Shown here: one piece after another, positions 10,483 to 20,029 of the stretch | Layout of the letters: the number at the start of each line of letters is the position of its first letter | Numbering within the stretch: position 1 is the first letter of the stretch | Assembly (NCBI GenBank): GCA_963664815.2 | Contig: CAXXHB010000002.1 | Coordinates: forward strand, 704,001 to 768,000 | DNA: 64,000 bases | Direction of reading: 5' to 3' | DNA from: Spirochaetota bacterium | GTDB taxonomy: Bacteria > Spirochaetota > UBA4802 > UBA5550 | The notes under the pieces: model-generated | What the model was told of the DNA's origin: nothing | Database searches by the model: none | What the model saw: the letters and a program-made list of their open reading frames with translations, nothing else | Translations under genes and position numbers: made by a program

Positions 10483-11522
10483 TACTATTTTTTATTAAAA
10501 GGAGTATTCAATTTAGTATTCCAGCTTTGATATTTATCTTCTCTTTTGCCGGGTGTAATGATAATATTTCTGTAATCAGCAGACCACTGCTTGGGACAAT
10601 TGTGACTATAACAATTGCAGATGATGCCGGAGATATTGCCGGAGATTTTGAAGCTGCTTTTAGTGAAATTGAAAGAGTACAGAAGAGTTTCAATACCTAT
10701 GATCCGGAATCTGAAATTTCAATTATAAATAAGACAGCGCCAGATCGGCCATGCAAAGTCAGTGATGTTTTATTTTCACTTATAAGTGATTCACTTAAAG
10801 TTTCTAAAGTTACAAATGGAGCATTTGATATAACATTTGCTTCAATCGGAAAGTTATGGGATTTTTCCAGTCATTCCAGGGAAGATTTTATGCCTCCTGA
10901 AGATAAAACAATAAAAGGTCTGCTTCCCTTCATTTCATATAAAAATGTTATTCTGGACAGTAATGCCAGGACAGTACGGTTTCTGAAGAAAGGTACAAGA
11001 ATAGGGCTTGGCGGAATAGCAAAGGGTTATGCAACCGGCAGGGCAATCTCTGCACTGAAGGGCAGACATGTAAAAGGTGCCATTGTCGCCTGTGCCGGAG
11101 ATATACAGGTTCTCGGGAATAATAATGGCAAACAATGGAAACTCGGAATAAAAGATCCAAGAGGGGATTCTGTTCTTGGAACCGTTGATATGAATGACGG
11201 TGAATCAGTAGCAACTAGTGGTGATTATGAGCGTTTCAGGATAGTAAATGGGAAAAGATATCATCATATTATTGATCCAGCTAAAGGCTTTCCTGCAGAT
11301 TCAGGACTGATTTCAGTTACAGTTTTCTGCAGCGACCCGGAGATGGCAGATGCTTACGGATGCGGTTTTTTTGTTTCAGGACTTGATAAATCCAGAAAGA
11401 TACTGGAATCTATGAAAGATATTTCGGCTGTGTTTGTGACGTCAGATATGAAAATATATGTTTCAATGAATTTCAAAGATAGAATTACTTTCCGAGATGG
11501 TCTGAGAATAGTTTATTTTTAA
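10479..11522 (+). CDS. apbE: FAD:protein FMN transferase (ApbE family lipoprotein)
   Basis: Lipobox FAGC; GAFDIT, LGGIAKGYA, ATSGDYER, YHHIIDP; ATGA overlap with mgtE. Confidence 0.95.
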   Translation: MILFFIKRSIQFSIPALIFIFSFAGCNDNISVISRPLLGTIVTITIADDAGDIAGDFEAAFSEIERVQKSFNTYDPESEISIINKTAPDRPCKVSDVLFSLISDSLKVSKVTNGAFDITFASIGKLWDFSSHSREDFMPPEDKTIKGLLPFISYKNVILDSNARTVRFLKKGTRIGLGGIAKGYATGRAISALKGRHVKGAIVACAGDIQVLGNNNGKQWKLGIKDPRGDSVLGTVDMNDGESVATSGDYERFRIVNGKRYHHIIDPAKGFPADSGLISVTVFCSDPEMADAYGCGFFVSGLDKSRKILESMKDISAVFVTSDMKIYVSMNFKDRITFRDGLRIVYF

Positions 11523-11729
11523 ATGACAGGCATTCTGTCTCAAAGCATAATTTTCATGCGAGTCTAAAACAGATTCCTTCCTGATTTTTTATATTGTTTT
11601 TTTATTCAAACGCAGATAAATTAAAAGAAACATTCTCTTTTGTGAGAAAACATAATAAAATATTCATTGTTGACAAAAAAAACATATATGAATTTTTTTG
11701 TAAGACGATTATAATCAGGGGTGATGTAT

Positions 11730-12164
11730 ATGCACGATAATATAAATTTACAGGATGAAATACAGGAAGGTTTTATCATGAACCTTGACGGTGATCTTGC
11801 TAAGGTACGTGTTGCTCCCAATGCTGATTGTGATAATTGCGGGGCATGTAATATAGTTCATATGGAGATACTCGCATATAATCCGATAGCGGCAAAACCA
11901 GGTCAGAAGGTGAAATTTACAATGATACAGGATAATATGCTTAAAATATCTTTTATGCTTTTTCTTCTTCCGCTTATTGCGGTATTGTCAGGTATATATG
12001 CCGGGTCGCTTGTAGTATCATATTCCGGCTATAATGGAATGTCTCCCATGGTTGCCGGGGCGCTTTTGTTCCTTTCTGTGGCTATTTTTTTCATATACTC
12101 ATATGATAAAAAATATAAATTAAACAAACAGAATTTTCCTCAAGTAATAGAAGTTATTAAGTAA
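11730..12164 (+). CDS. rseC: RseC/MucC family membrane protein
   Basis: CDNCGAC, A-KPGQKV, two C-terminal TM helices; precedes rnfC; start chosen from the AGGGGTG SD (ORF track starts at 11721). Confidence 0.85.
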   Translation: MHDNINLQDEIQEGFIMNLDGDLAKVRVAPNADCDNCGACNIVHMEILAYNPIAAKPGQKVKFTMIQDNMLKISFMLFLLPLIAVLSGIYAGSLVVSYSGYNGMSPMVAGALLFLSVAIFFIYSYDKKYKLNKQNFPQVIEVIK

Positions 12165-12175
12165 ATGAGGTATCT

Positions 12176-13510
12176 ATGCTTAAAAGAATAAAAGGCGGAG
12201 TTCATCCGCACGACGAGAAGAAAAGTACAGAGGACAGGAAGATAGAAAGTCTTCCTGTTCCTAAAAAACTTTTTGTCCCTGTTAGCCAGCATATAGGTCA
12301 GCCCTCGGTTCCGGTTGTTAAGGTCGGGGATGAAGTAAAAAAAGGGCAGCTTATAGCTGAATCTGCTGACGGAAGGGGTACCCCGGTACACAGCCCTACA
12401 TCAGGAAAGGTTTCCGAGCTTGCAAATTATCCTCACCCCATCTACGGTAAATCTCTCTGTATTGTAATTGAGTCTGATGGGCTGGATCAGTGGCAGGATG
12501 GACTTCTGACAGAGAGAAACTGGGAGTCAATATCAGTAGCTGAAATGATCGATATAATTTTCAAAAACGGTATAGTAGGTATGGGGGGAGCGGCATTTCC
12601 AACGCATATAAAGCTTTCACCCCCAAAGGACAAAGTAATCGATACTTTAATTGTAAACGGAGCGGAGTGTGAGCCATACCTTACTTCCGACTACAGGACA
12701 ATGATGGAGTACCCTGATGATGTTATAAAGGGAACTCTCATTGTAATGAAGATTATGGGTATAGAGAAGTGTTACCTCGGGATAGAAAACAACAAACCTA
12801 AAGCTATAGCACTAATGAAAGAGAAATGCAAAAGTACGAAGATTGAAGTTGTTGAACTTGCTACAAGGTATCCTCAGGGTGCAGAAAAGATGATGATAAA
12901 GGCCATAACAGGGAAAGAGGTTCCATCCGGAAAGCTTCCAATGGACGTGGGATGTGCTGTTCAGAACGTAGGTTCACTCAAGGCAGTTGCTGACGCTGTG
13001 GAAAAGAATATTCCTCTTATTGAGAGGATTGTAACTGTCGCAGGGAGCACTGTGAAAAATCCAATGAATGTTATGGCTAAGATGGGTACGCCATTCAGTG
13101 AACTATTCAACCATTGCGGCGGATTCACCGGCAGAAACGGTAAACTCATTATGGGCGGTCCTATGATGGGACTTGCACAGGTCAATATAGAGACAGTCGT
13201 TGTGAAGGCAACTTCAGGTATTGTGGTCATTGCTGAGAATGATCTGGATTTTAAAGAGGAGAAGGCATGTATTAGATGCGGACGCTGCCTTGAGGCATGT
13301 ACTATGCATCTTATGCCGAATGTACTGAGCATTTTAAGTGAAAAGGGACAACACCAGACAGCGCAGACAGATTATAATCTTATGGATTGTGTTGAATGCG
13401 GGTGCTGTTACTATGTATGTCCTTCAAGAAGGAATATAGTTCATTATATCAGGCAATCAAAGGCAAAAAATGCCATGTTCAGGAACACTACAAAAACAGG
13501 GAGTAAATGA
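12176..13510 (+). CDS. rnfC: Rnf electron transport complex subunit C
   Basis: GGVHP, QHIG, GIVGMGGAAFPTH, NGAECEPYLT, YPQGAEK, two CxxCxxCxxxC ferredoxin motifs. Confidence 0.97.
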   Translation: MLKRIKGGVHPHDEKKSTEDRKIESLPVPKKLFVPVSQHIGQPSVPVVKVGDEVKKGQLIAESADGRGTPVHSPTSGKVSELANYPHPIYGKSLCIVIESDGLDQWQDGLLTERNWESISVAEMIDIIFKNGIVGMGGAAFPTHIKLSPPKDKVIDTLIVNGAECEPYLTSDYRTMMEYPDDVIKGTLIVMKIMGIEKCYLGIENNKPKAIALMKEKCKSTKIEVVELATRYPQGAEKMMIKAITGKEVPSGKLPMDVGCAVQNVGSLKAVADAVEKNIPLIERIVTVAGSTVKNPMNVMAKMGTPFSELFNHCGGFTGRNGKLIMGGPMMGLAQVNIETVVVKATSGIVVIAENDLDFKEEKACIRCGRCLEACTMHLMPNVLSILSEKGQHQTAQTDYNLMDCVECGCCYYVCPSRRNIVHYIRQSKAKNAMFRNTTKTGSK

Positions 13511-14577
13511 TGGAGACTAAAGAAACTACAGCCAACATCGAGAAACCGGAAAGACTGGTAATTACCTCTTCTCCACATGTTCATGATACTGAAAGCGTTT
13601 CGAAGATCATGTGGATAGTAAACCTTACCCTGCTTCCGGCTGCGATATTTTCAGTTATAAATTTTGGACTTCCGGCGCTCTTCACAATGCTGATATGTAT
13701 CACAGGGAGTGTGGCTTGTGAAGCTGCCATACAGTACTGGAGAAAAAAAGAGATTACAATATATGACGGAAGCGCTGTACTTACAGGGCTTCTTCTTGCG
13801 ATGTGCCTTCCGGCAAAGATTCCCTGGTATATTCCACTTATAGGTTCAGTTGCAGCGATAGGTATTGCAAAACATACGATGGGTGGATTGGGGCACAATG
13901 TTTTTAATCCGGCTCATATAGGGAGGGCCTTTATCATGGCCAGTTATCCTGTTGCAATGACAACATGGGCTGTTTCACGCATAGGCATTAAAGGTGATTT
14001 TCCGGGCGCAGTAAGTAAAATCGGGAATCTGGACGTTGTAACAACGGCAACACCTCTTGGAATACTGAAACAACAGGGTTATCAGGCGCTTGTTGATTCA
14101 TTCGGAGGCCAGGCGGTGATGTATAAAACCCTTCTTATCGGCAACAGAGCGGGAAGCCTTGGAGAAACATCGGCAATACTTCTTATACTTGGCGGACTTA
14201 TACTTATAATAAAGAAATATATAAAGTGGCAGGTTCCGGTTGTAATGATAGGAACAGTGGGTCTTCTTACATGGGCTTTCGGTGGTAAGGCAGGCCTGTT
14301 TACAGGAGATCCCATATTACATATGTTGTCGGGAGGACTTATTATAGGTGCTTTTTTCATGGCTACAGATATGGTTACAACACCTATAACAACAAAGGGA
14401 CAGGTTCTCTTTGCGGCAGGATGCGGGATAATTGTTGTACTGATAAGGCTTTATGGCGGTTACCCTGAGGGGGTCTGTTATTCAATATTGCTGATGAATG
14501 CAGTTACACCTCTAATTGACAGGTATATATTCCCGGTTAAATTCGGTTCTCTTTCTGAACCTGCGAAAAGGAGTTAG
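13507..14577 (+). CDS. rnfD: Rnf complex subunit D
   Basis: SSPH, GGLGHNVFNPA, FMN site DVVTTATPL, GSLGETS, AFFMATD, GGYPEGV. Confidence 0.97.
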   Translation: MMETKETTANIEKPERLVITSSPHVHDTESVSKIMWIVNLTLLPAAIFSVINFGLPALFTMLICITGSVACEAAIQYWRKKEITIYDGSAVLTGLLLAMCLPAKIPWYIPLIGSVAAIGIAKHTMGGLGHNVFNPAHIGRAFIMASYPVAMTTWAVSRIGIKGDFPGAVSKIGNLDVVTTATPLGILKQQGYQALVDSFGGQAVMYKTLLIGNRAGSLGETSAILLILGGLILIIKKYIKWQVPVVMIGTVGLLTWAFGGKAGLFTGDPILHMLSGGLIIGAFFMATDMVTTPITTKGQVLFAAGCGIIVVLIRLYGGYPEGVCYSILLMNAVTPLIDRYIFPVKFGSLSEPAKRS

Positions 14578-14579
14578 AA

Positions 14580-15176
14580 ATGGCACATACAGATCACAAT
14601 AATAACAGTATGTTTAAAATAACTCTGAATCTGACAATGGCAACGCTATTTGCAGGGATAATCATTGGAACTGTATTCTACTTTACTGCACCAATCGCGG
14701 AGATTCAGAGGATAAAGCAAAAAGAACAATCCATGAAGGAACTTGTACCGGATGCAACCAGGTTTATCGAAATTGAAGGAAAGCAGGAATGGTTCAAAGC
14801 AGAAAAAGATGGGAAGGCAGTGGCGTACCTTGTTCTTACTCACCAGAAGGGTTTTGATGGTCATATAAAGATGTTTGTGGCGGTAACTCCTGATAAAAAG
14901 GTTATAGGTTACAAGGTTCTTTCACACAAGGAAACACCGGGACTTGGAGATCAGGCTTTCAAACCGAAATTTGCAGGCCAGTTCACGGGCAAGGGTATTG
15001 AAAATATGGAGCTTGTGAAAATTCAGGAGGATGGTAAGATCCTTGCAATTACAGGCGCCACGATAACTTCGCGGGCTGTTACTACAGCAGTTAAGAATGT
15101 CCTCACTGAGCTTGATGCATATCTTAAAGAAAGTAATGCTGAAAGTAAAACTGAAAGTAAAAAAGAAAGCAAATAA
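14580..15176 (+). CDS. rnfG: Rnf complex subunit G
   Basis: N-terminal TM, HKETPGLG, FMN-attachment motif AITGATITS. Confidence 0.96.
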   Translation: MAHTDHNNNSMFKITLNLTMATLFAGIIIGTVFYFTAPIAEIQRIKQKEQSMKELVPDATRFIEIEGKQEWFKAEKDGKAVAYLVLTHQKGFDGHIKMFVAVTPDKKVIGYKVLSHKETPGLGDQAFKPKFAGQFTGKGIENMELVKIQEDGKILAITGATITSRAVTTAVKNVLTELDAYLKESNAESKTESKKESK

Positions 15177-15185
15177 GAGGTCGGC

Positions 15186-15821
15186 ATGAATCTGTGGAAA
15201 GAATTTACCAAAGGTCTGGTTGCGGAGAATCCTATTTTCCGCCTTGCACTGAGTCTCTGTCCCGCGCTTGCAGTTACCTCGAATGTATATAATGCGCTGG
15301 GTATGGGTCTCACCGTTATGTTTGTTATTACATGCAACAACATGGTTGTTTCAGCATTCAGAAATGTTATTCACCCCAAGGTAAGGGTTCCTGTGTACAT
15401 CATTTCAATCGCCACAATTGTTACTGTGGCAATGCTGGTGCTTGAAGCGTTTCTTCCGGTGTTGTTCAAGGAACTGGGGATATATCTTTCTCTGGTTGTT
15501 GTATTTGCAATTATTCTTGCAAGGGCCGAGGTCTTTGCAGCGAAAAATAAAGTAATACCATCGATGATTGATGGTCTGGGTATGGGTGCAGGTTTTACCC
15601 TTGGAATGGTAACTATTGGTGCAGTCAGGGAGATGATAGGAAACGGCTCGTTTCTCGGCTACCAGGTTTTTGGAAGCTGGTATCATCCTCCACTTATTAT
15701 AATTCTTGCTCCCGGAGGTTTCATTGTTATAGGGTTTATCATAGGCTTAATGAATCTAAATGAAAAGCGCAAGAAAGAAAAAAGTGAAAAAGCTGAAATT
15801 ACTGCCGGAGGTACAATATGA
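15186..15821 (+). CDS. rnfE: Rnf complex subunit E
   Basis: ENPIF, LCPALAVT, KVRVP, RAEVFA, DGLGMG, APGGF. Confidence 0.95.
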   Translation: MNLWKEFTKGLVAENPIFRLALSLCPALAVTSNVYNALGMGLTVMFVITCNNMVVSAFRNVIHPKVRVPVYIISIATIVTVAMLVLEAFLPVLFKELGIYLSLVVVFAIILARAEVFAAKNKVIPSMIDGLGMGAGFTLGMVTIGAVREMIGNGSFLGYQVFGSWYHPPLIIILAPGGFIVIGFIIGLMNLNEKRKKEKSEKAEITAGGTI

Positions 15822-16399
15822 GTGAATATTTTCTGCTCTTCATGGGTGCGGCCATAGTAAATAACTTCGTACTGACACGTTATCTGGGGTTATGTATATT
15901 TTTCGGTGTGTCGAAGAATTACCATGCATCCACGAGCATGGGACTGGCTATTATCTCCATTATGACAATGAGTTCAATGCTTACATGGGTAATTGAGCAT
16001 TTTATTTTAGTTCCGCTTGGTCTCCCTTTTCTGAAAACAATTGTTTTTGTTGTTGTAATTGCTGTGTTTGTTCAGCTCCTTGAGATGGTGATAAAAAAGT
16101 TTATGCCTACGCTTTATAATGTGTGGGGCATATATCTTCTCCTTGTTGCAACAAACTGTGTAATTCTCGGTGTACCGCTGATCAACTCTGAAGCAAATTT
16201 TACTTTTGTGAAAAGTGTCGTAAATGCTCTCGGTTCAGGTACCGGTTTTGCAATTGCCCTTATCCTTTTTGCAAGCTTACGTGAAAAACTTCAGTTTTCA
16301 GATGTGCCGAAATCACTTGAAGGTCTTGGTATAGCGTTTATACTGGCAGGTATGCTTGCCCTTGCGTTCCAGGGTTTCAGCGGCATGATACCGTTATAA
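15818..16399 (+). CDS. rnfA: Rnf complex subunit A
   Basis: VNNFVLTRYLGLCIFFGVSK, TNCVILG, LAFQGFSG. Confidence 0.95.
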   Translation: MSEYFLLFMGAAIVNNFVLTRYLGLCIFFGVSKNYHASTSMGLAIISIMTMSSMLTWVIEHFILVPLGLPFLKTIVFVVVIAVFVQLLEMVIKKFMPTLYNVWGIYLLLVATNCVILGVPLINSEANFTFVKSVVNALGSGTGFAIALILFASLREKLQFSDVPKSLEGLGIAFILAGMLALAFQGFSGMIPL

Positions 16400-16417
16400 T
16401 GAGAAAAAGGAGCAATT

Positions 16418-17269
16418 ATGTTAACAGCAATATATGCAATATTAGTTATGGTTGGCCTTGGCCTGTTTTTCGGGGTTTTCATTTCGTTCGCAAATAAAAA
16501 ATGGGCTGTTGAGGTCGATCCGAGAATACATGAAGTTGATGAGATTCTGCCAAAGGGACAATGCGGTTCGTGCGGTTATCCCGGGTGTATGGCTTATGCC
16601 GAAGCGGTTGTAATGAACCCGGATGTACCCGCAAATCTCTGTGCACCGGGTAAGGATGCAGTTGCGAAGAAGGTAGCCGAAATAACAGGTAAAAAGGCGG
16701 AGGCTCTTGAACAGAAGATTGCCTTTGTCAGATGTGCAGGTACTTATGAAAAAGCAACAAGAACGGGAGAATACAGGGGTGTTAAGGATTGCGTTTCAGC
16801 GAATATACTTGTCGGCGGAGATAAAGGATGTACTTTTGGATGTCTTGGCTACGGTACATGCGTTAAAGTCTGCATGTTTGATGCGTTACACATGAGCCCG
16901 GAGGGTATTCCGATAGTTAATCCCGATAAATGTACAGGGTGTGGAAAATGCGCAACTGTCTGTCCGAGAACCGTTATAGCACTTGTTAAACCGAATATTA
17001 TGGTTAAGGTAAACTGTAATTCTCATGACAAGGGCCCTGTGGTGAGAAAACATTGCAAGGCCGGATGTATAGGATGCGGAATGTGTGCGAAAGAGTGCCC
17101 ATTCGGTGCGATTAAAATTGATAATTTCCTTGCAATAGTGGACAGTACAGTCTGTCTTGAAAAGTGCTCAGACCCTGTGTGTATGGTGAAGTGCCCAACA
17201 AAGGTATTAAAACCGGCAATATGGGGTACAGTTCCCGGTTTCGAGGTGAAAGAGGAACAGAAAGCCTGA
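16418..17269 (+). CDS. rnfB: Rnf complex subunit B (polyferredoxin)
   Basis: N-terminal TM, LPKGQCGSCGYPGC, CAPG, several CxxCxxCxxxCP motifs. Confidence 0.96.
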   Translation: MLTAIYAILVMVGLGLFFGVFISFANKKWAVEVDPRIHEVDEILPKGQCGSCGYPGCMAYAEAVVMNPDVPANLCAPGKDAVAKKVAEITGKKAEALEQKIAFVRCAGTYEKATRTGEYRGVKDCVSANILVGGDKGCTFGCLGYGTCVKVCMFDALHMSPEGIPIVNPDKCTGCGKCATVCPRTVIALVKPNIMVKVNCNSHDKGPVVRKHCKAGCIGCGMCAKECPFGAIKIDNFLAIVDSTVCLEKCSDPVCMVKCPTKVLKPAIWGTVPGFEVKEEQKA

Positions 17270-17305
17270 TAGAAAATATTTTAATCTTTAATCAGTTATA
17301 GTGGG

Positions 17306-17340
17306 AAGGACGTCCGGCAAAGGACGTCCTTTTATTTTAT
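17306..17340 (+). terminator. Intrinsic terminator of the rnf operon
   Basis: AAGGACGTCC-GGCAAA-GGACGTCCTT followed by TTATTTT. Confidence 0.85.
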
Positions 17341-17373
17341 AAATAGCATTGAACACAATAAACTGAAGTTTGT

Positions 17374-17413
17374 GAATTATTTCAGTGAATATATTTATTC
17401 ACTGAAATAATTC
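17374..17413. repeat. Perfect 18-bp inverted repeat spanning the glyQS stop codon
   Basis: GAATTATTTCAGTGAATA-TATT-TATTCACTGAAATAATTC. Confidence 0.9.
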
Positions 17414-18777
17414 TTTATGTATTCACTTAGCGTTGCAATGGCAATACGTTCCTGTTTCATGGTATCGCGGTCACGAATTGTTACCGTATCTGATAGACTG
17501 GTATTATCACCTTTTCCGATAGTATCAAAATCTATAGTGACACATAATGGTGTACCAACTTCATCATTTTTACGATATGCCTTCCCTATATTGCCGCTGT
17601 CTTCAAAATAGATTCTGCCAACGCCCAGTTTCATTAATAGAGATTTTACCTGCCGGGCTTTTTCAACAATTTCGTGATTATTACGCGCAAGGGGCATAAC
17701 AGCTACTTTAATAGGAGATAAATGCGGTTTGAGTTTAAGAACAATTCTTTGTGTGCCGTTTTCAAGAGTTTCTTCAGTATAGGCCTCAGTTAAAACAGCA
17801 AGTACACCGCGATCGACTCCGGCAGATGGTTCAATAACGAATGGAACAATCTGCTTCTGAGTTTCAAAATCCATAATAGTGAGTTTTACTATGGAATCAT
17901 CATTAGGTTCAACATGGGCAGTCAGGCCAAGATCGTCGGATTTTTTTGAATGAGAACCAAGGTCATAATCAGTCCGGTTAGCAATACCTTCAAGCTCTTC
18001 GACTCCATGTGGAAAACGATAGAGGATATCAACGGTCGCTTTAGCATAATGAGCAAGCTCTTCTTTTGTTTGATGGTATTGCTGGAGGTTGTCACTGGTA
18101 AGACCCTGCTCTTTCCACCAGTTAATACGTTGTTCAACCCATCTTGCATGCCATTCATCATCAGTGCCCGGTTTTACGAAATATTCAAGCTCCATCTGCT
18201 CGAATTCGCGAACCCGGAAAATGAAATTTCGGGGTGTAATTTCATTTCGAAACGCTTTTCCTATCTGTGCAATACCAAAAGGGAGCTTTCGCGATGTTGA
18301 ATCAATAACATTTTTAAAGTTGCTGAATATTCCCTGTGCAGTTTCAGGACGCAGATATGCAAAGTTGTCATCATCAGCGACGGGCCCAACTGTTGTTTTG
18401 AACATCAAATTAAATGGACGCGGTTCAGTGAGGTTGTTTCCTCCGCATTTTTCACAACGTCCCTTTTTAAGCTGGTCCGCGCGCCAGCGGCTTTTGCAGT
18501 CTTTGCAGTCCACCATCGGATCGGTGAAAGTTGCTTCATGTCCCGAATGTCGAAGTACATAACGGTGAGTTAATATTGCAGCATCGAGTCCTTCGATATC
18601 ATCACGTTCGTATACCATAGAACGCCACCAGGAGGATTTGAGGTTGTTTTTTAGTTCAACACCAAGAGGACCATAATCGTATAAACCTTGAAGACCGCCG
18701 TAAATATCAGAACTTTGAAAAATGAAACCGCGTCGTTTACACAGCGATACAAGTGAATCCATGGTTTTTGCAGGCAT
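17395..18777 (-). CDS. glyQS: Glycine--tRNA ligase, homodimeric (alpha2) type
   Basis: [44 protein letters not shown]; start MPAKT at 18777 has a GGAG SD. Confidence 0.97.
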   Translation of the reverse strand: MPAKTMDSLVSLCKRRGFIFQSSDIYGGLQGLYDYGPLGVELKNNLKSSWWRSMVYERDDIEGLDAAILTHRYVLRHSGHEATFTDPMVDCKDCKSRWRADQLKKGRCEKCGGNNLTEPRPFNLMFKTTVGPVADDDNFAYLRPETAQGIFSNFKNVIDSTSRKLPFGIAQIGKAFRNEITPRNFIFRVREFEQMELEYFVKPGTDDEWHARWVEQRINWWKEQGLTSDNLQQYHQTKEELAHYAKATVDILYRFPHGVEELEGIANRTDYDLGSHSKKSDDLGLTAHVEPNDDSIVKLTIMDFETQKQIVPFVIEPSAGVDRGVLAVLTEAYTEETLENGTQRIVLKLKPHLSPIKVAVMPLARNNHEIVEKARQVKSLLMKLGVGRIYFEDSGNIGKAYRKNDEVGTPLCVTIDFDTIGKGDNTSLSDTVTIRDRDTMKQERIAIATLSEYIKNYFSE

Positions 18778-18943
18778 GTTTAATCTCCAAAAGGATATAA
18801 AAAGATAAGTACTTGTTTGTATAAAAGGCATTGTCTGTCAACAGAGAAAAAATTTAATATAAATAAGATTTCTTGAAGCTGAGAGATCAGCTATTTTGTT
18901 GACAAAAAAGTAATAATATTTTTTATGAATCATATTCTGTTAC

Positions 18944-19000
18944 GGGAAGATCAGGTATTAACCGGGCCCACAGGCAGTGACATTTGTCACGGGACTTCCT
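18944..19000 (+). ncRNA. Compact NiCo (czcD)-like metal-sensing riboswitch
   Basis: Four-way junction: P1 GGAAG/CTTCC, ATCA, P2 GGT-ATTA-ACC, GG, P3 GCC-CACA-GGC, A, P4 GTGAC-ATTT-GTCAC, GGGA. CAGG, CCGGGC and GGGA junction words occur in NiCo order, directly upstream of a CDF gene. Confidence 0.7.
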
Positions 19001-19114
19001 TCAATTGCTTAAGCCTGGCTGAAAACAGCCATACATAAAAATTGGAGAAAGCGGCCGGTTTTATTTTTACTATTTAAATCCCCGCCCCTTACTCCTCAGA
19101 AGTTTGAGGATACC

Positions 19115-19975
19115 ATGAATAGAAAACAAAAAACTGCCAGACTGTCGATTTTATCAAATTCATTATTAATTATAATTAAGCTTGTGGTTGGAATTATTAC
19201 CGGATCTGTGAGTATTATTTCAGAAGCAATACATTCAACCATGGATCTGCTGGCAGCGATTATTGCCTTTTTTTCCATAAAGATTTCGTCCATGCCTGCT
19301 GATGCCGAACATAATTATGGTCATGAAAAACTTGAAAATATTTCTGGAGTTATTGAAGCATTACTTATTTTTCTTGCTTCCGGTTTTATAATTCATGAAG
19401 CAGTTAAAAAAATGATCAGCAATGAGCCGATTGCTTCTATCGGCATGGGTTTTATTGTTATGTTTATCTCTGCCCTGATCAACTATTTTGTTTCCAGAAA
19501 GCTTTATAAGGTTGCCAGAGAGGAAGAATCCGTGGCTCTTGAAGCCGATGCTCTTCATCTCAAGGTTGATGTTTATACATCAATAGGTGTCGGTTCCGGA
19601 CTTTTACTGATACATATAACAAAAATTAATATTCTTGATCCGATAGTAGCAATTCTTATTGCACTTTTCATCCTGGTAGAAGCGTACGATATGCTTAAGA
19701 GGGCCTTTTTCCCTCTTGTTGATGAAAAAATTTCTGATGATGATATTAAAATTATTAAGTCTTCAATAGAACAGTTTCATGAGAGTAAGGTTGACTTTCA
19801 TGACTTGCGTACACGCAGAAGCGGACATATCAAACATATCGATTTTCATCTTGATATTCCTGAAAACATGACTGTTGCGCAGGCACATGAGATTTGTGAC
19901 CGGATTGAAATTGAAATTGAAAATAAACTTCGTAATACAAAAATACTTATTCATGTAGAGCCGCGTAAAACCTGA
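19115..19975 (+). CDS. Cation diffusion facilitator (FieF/CzcD family) transporter
   Basis: EAIHSTMD, PADAEHNYGHEKLE, ALEADALHLKVD, LDP, HDLRTRRSG, IHVEP. Confidence 0.95.
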   Translation: MNRKQKTARLSILSNSLLIIIKLVVGIITGSVSIISEAIHSTMDLLAAIIAFFSIKISSMPADAEHNYGHEKLENISGVIEALLIFLASGFIIHEAVKKMISNEPIASIGMGFIVMFISALINYFVSRKLYKVAREEESVALEADALHLKVDVYTSIGVGSGLLLIHITKINILDPIVAILIALFILVEAYDMLKRAFFPLVDEKISDDDIKIIKSSIEQFHESKVDFHDLRTRRSGHIKHIDFHLDIPENMTVAQAHEICDRIEIEIENKLRNTKILIHVEPRKT

Positions 19976-20029
19976 AATACTTTTTTCCGGAAAATATTTC
20001 AGGTTTATAAAAACTGATTAGCAAGGGGA

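Noticed and set aside
17370-17387. Rex-like site TTGTGAATTATTTCAGTG near rnf
   Set aside because: Lies between convergent 3' ends, the right half is poor, and it overlaps the 18-bp inverted repeat
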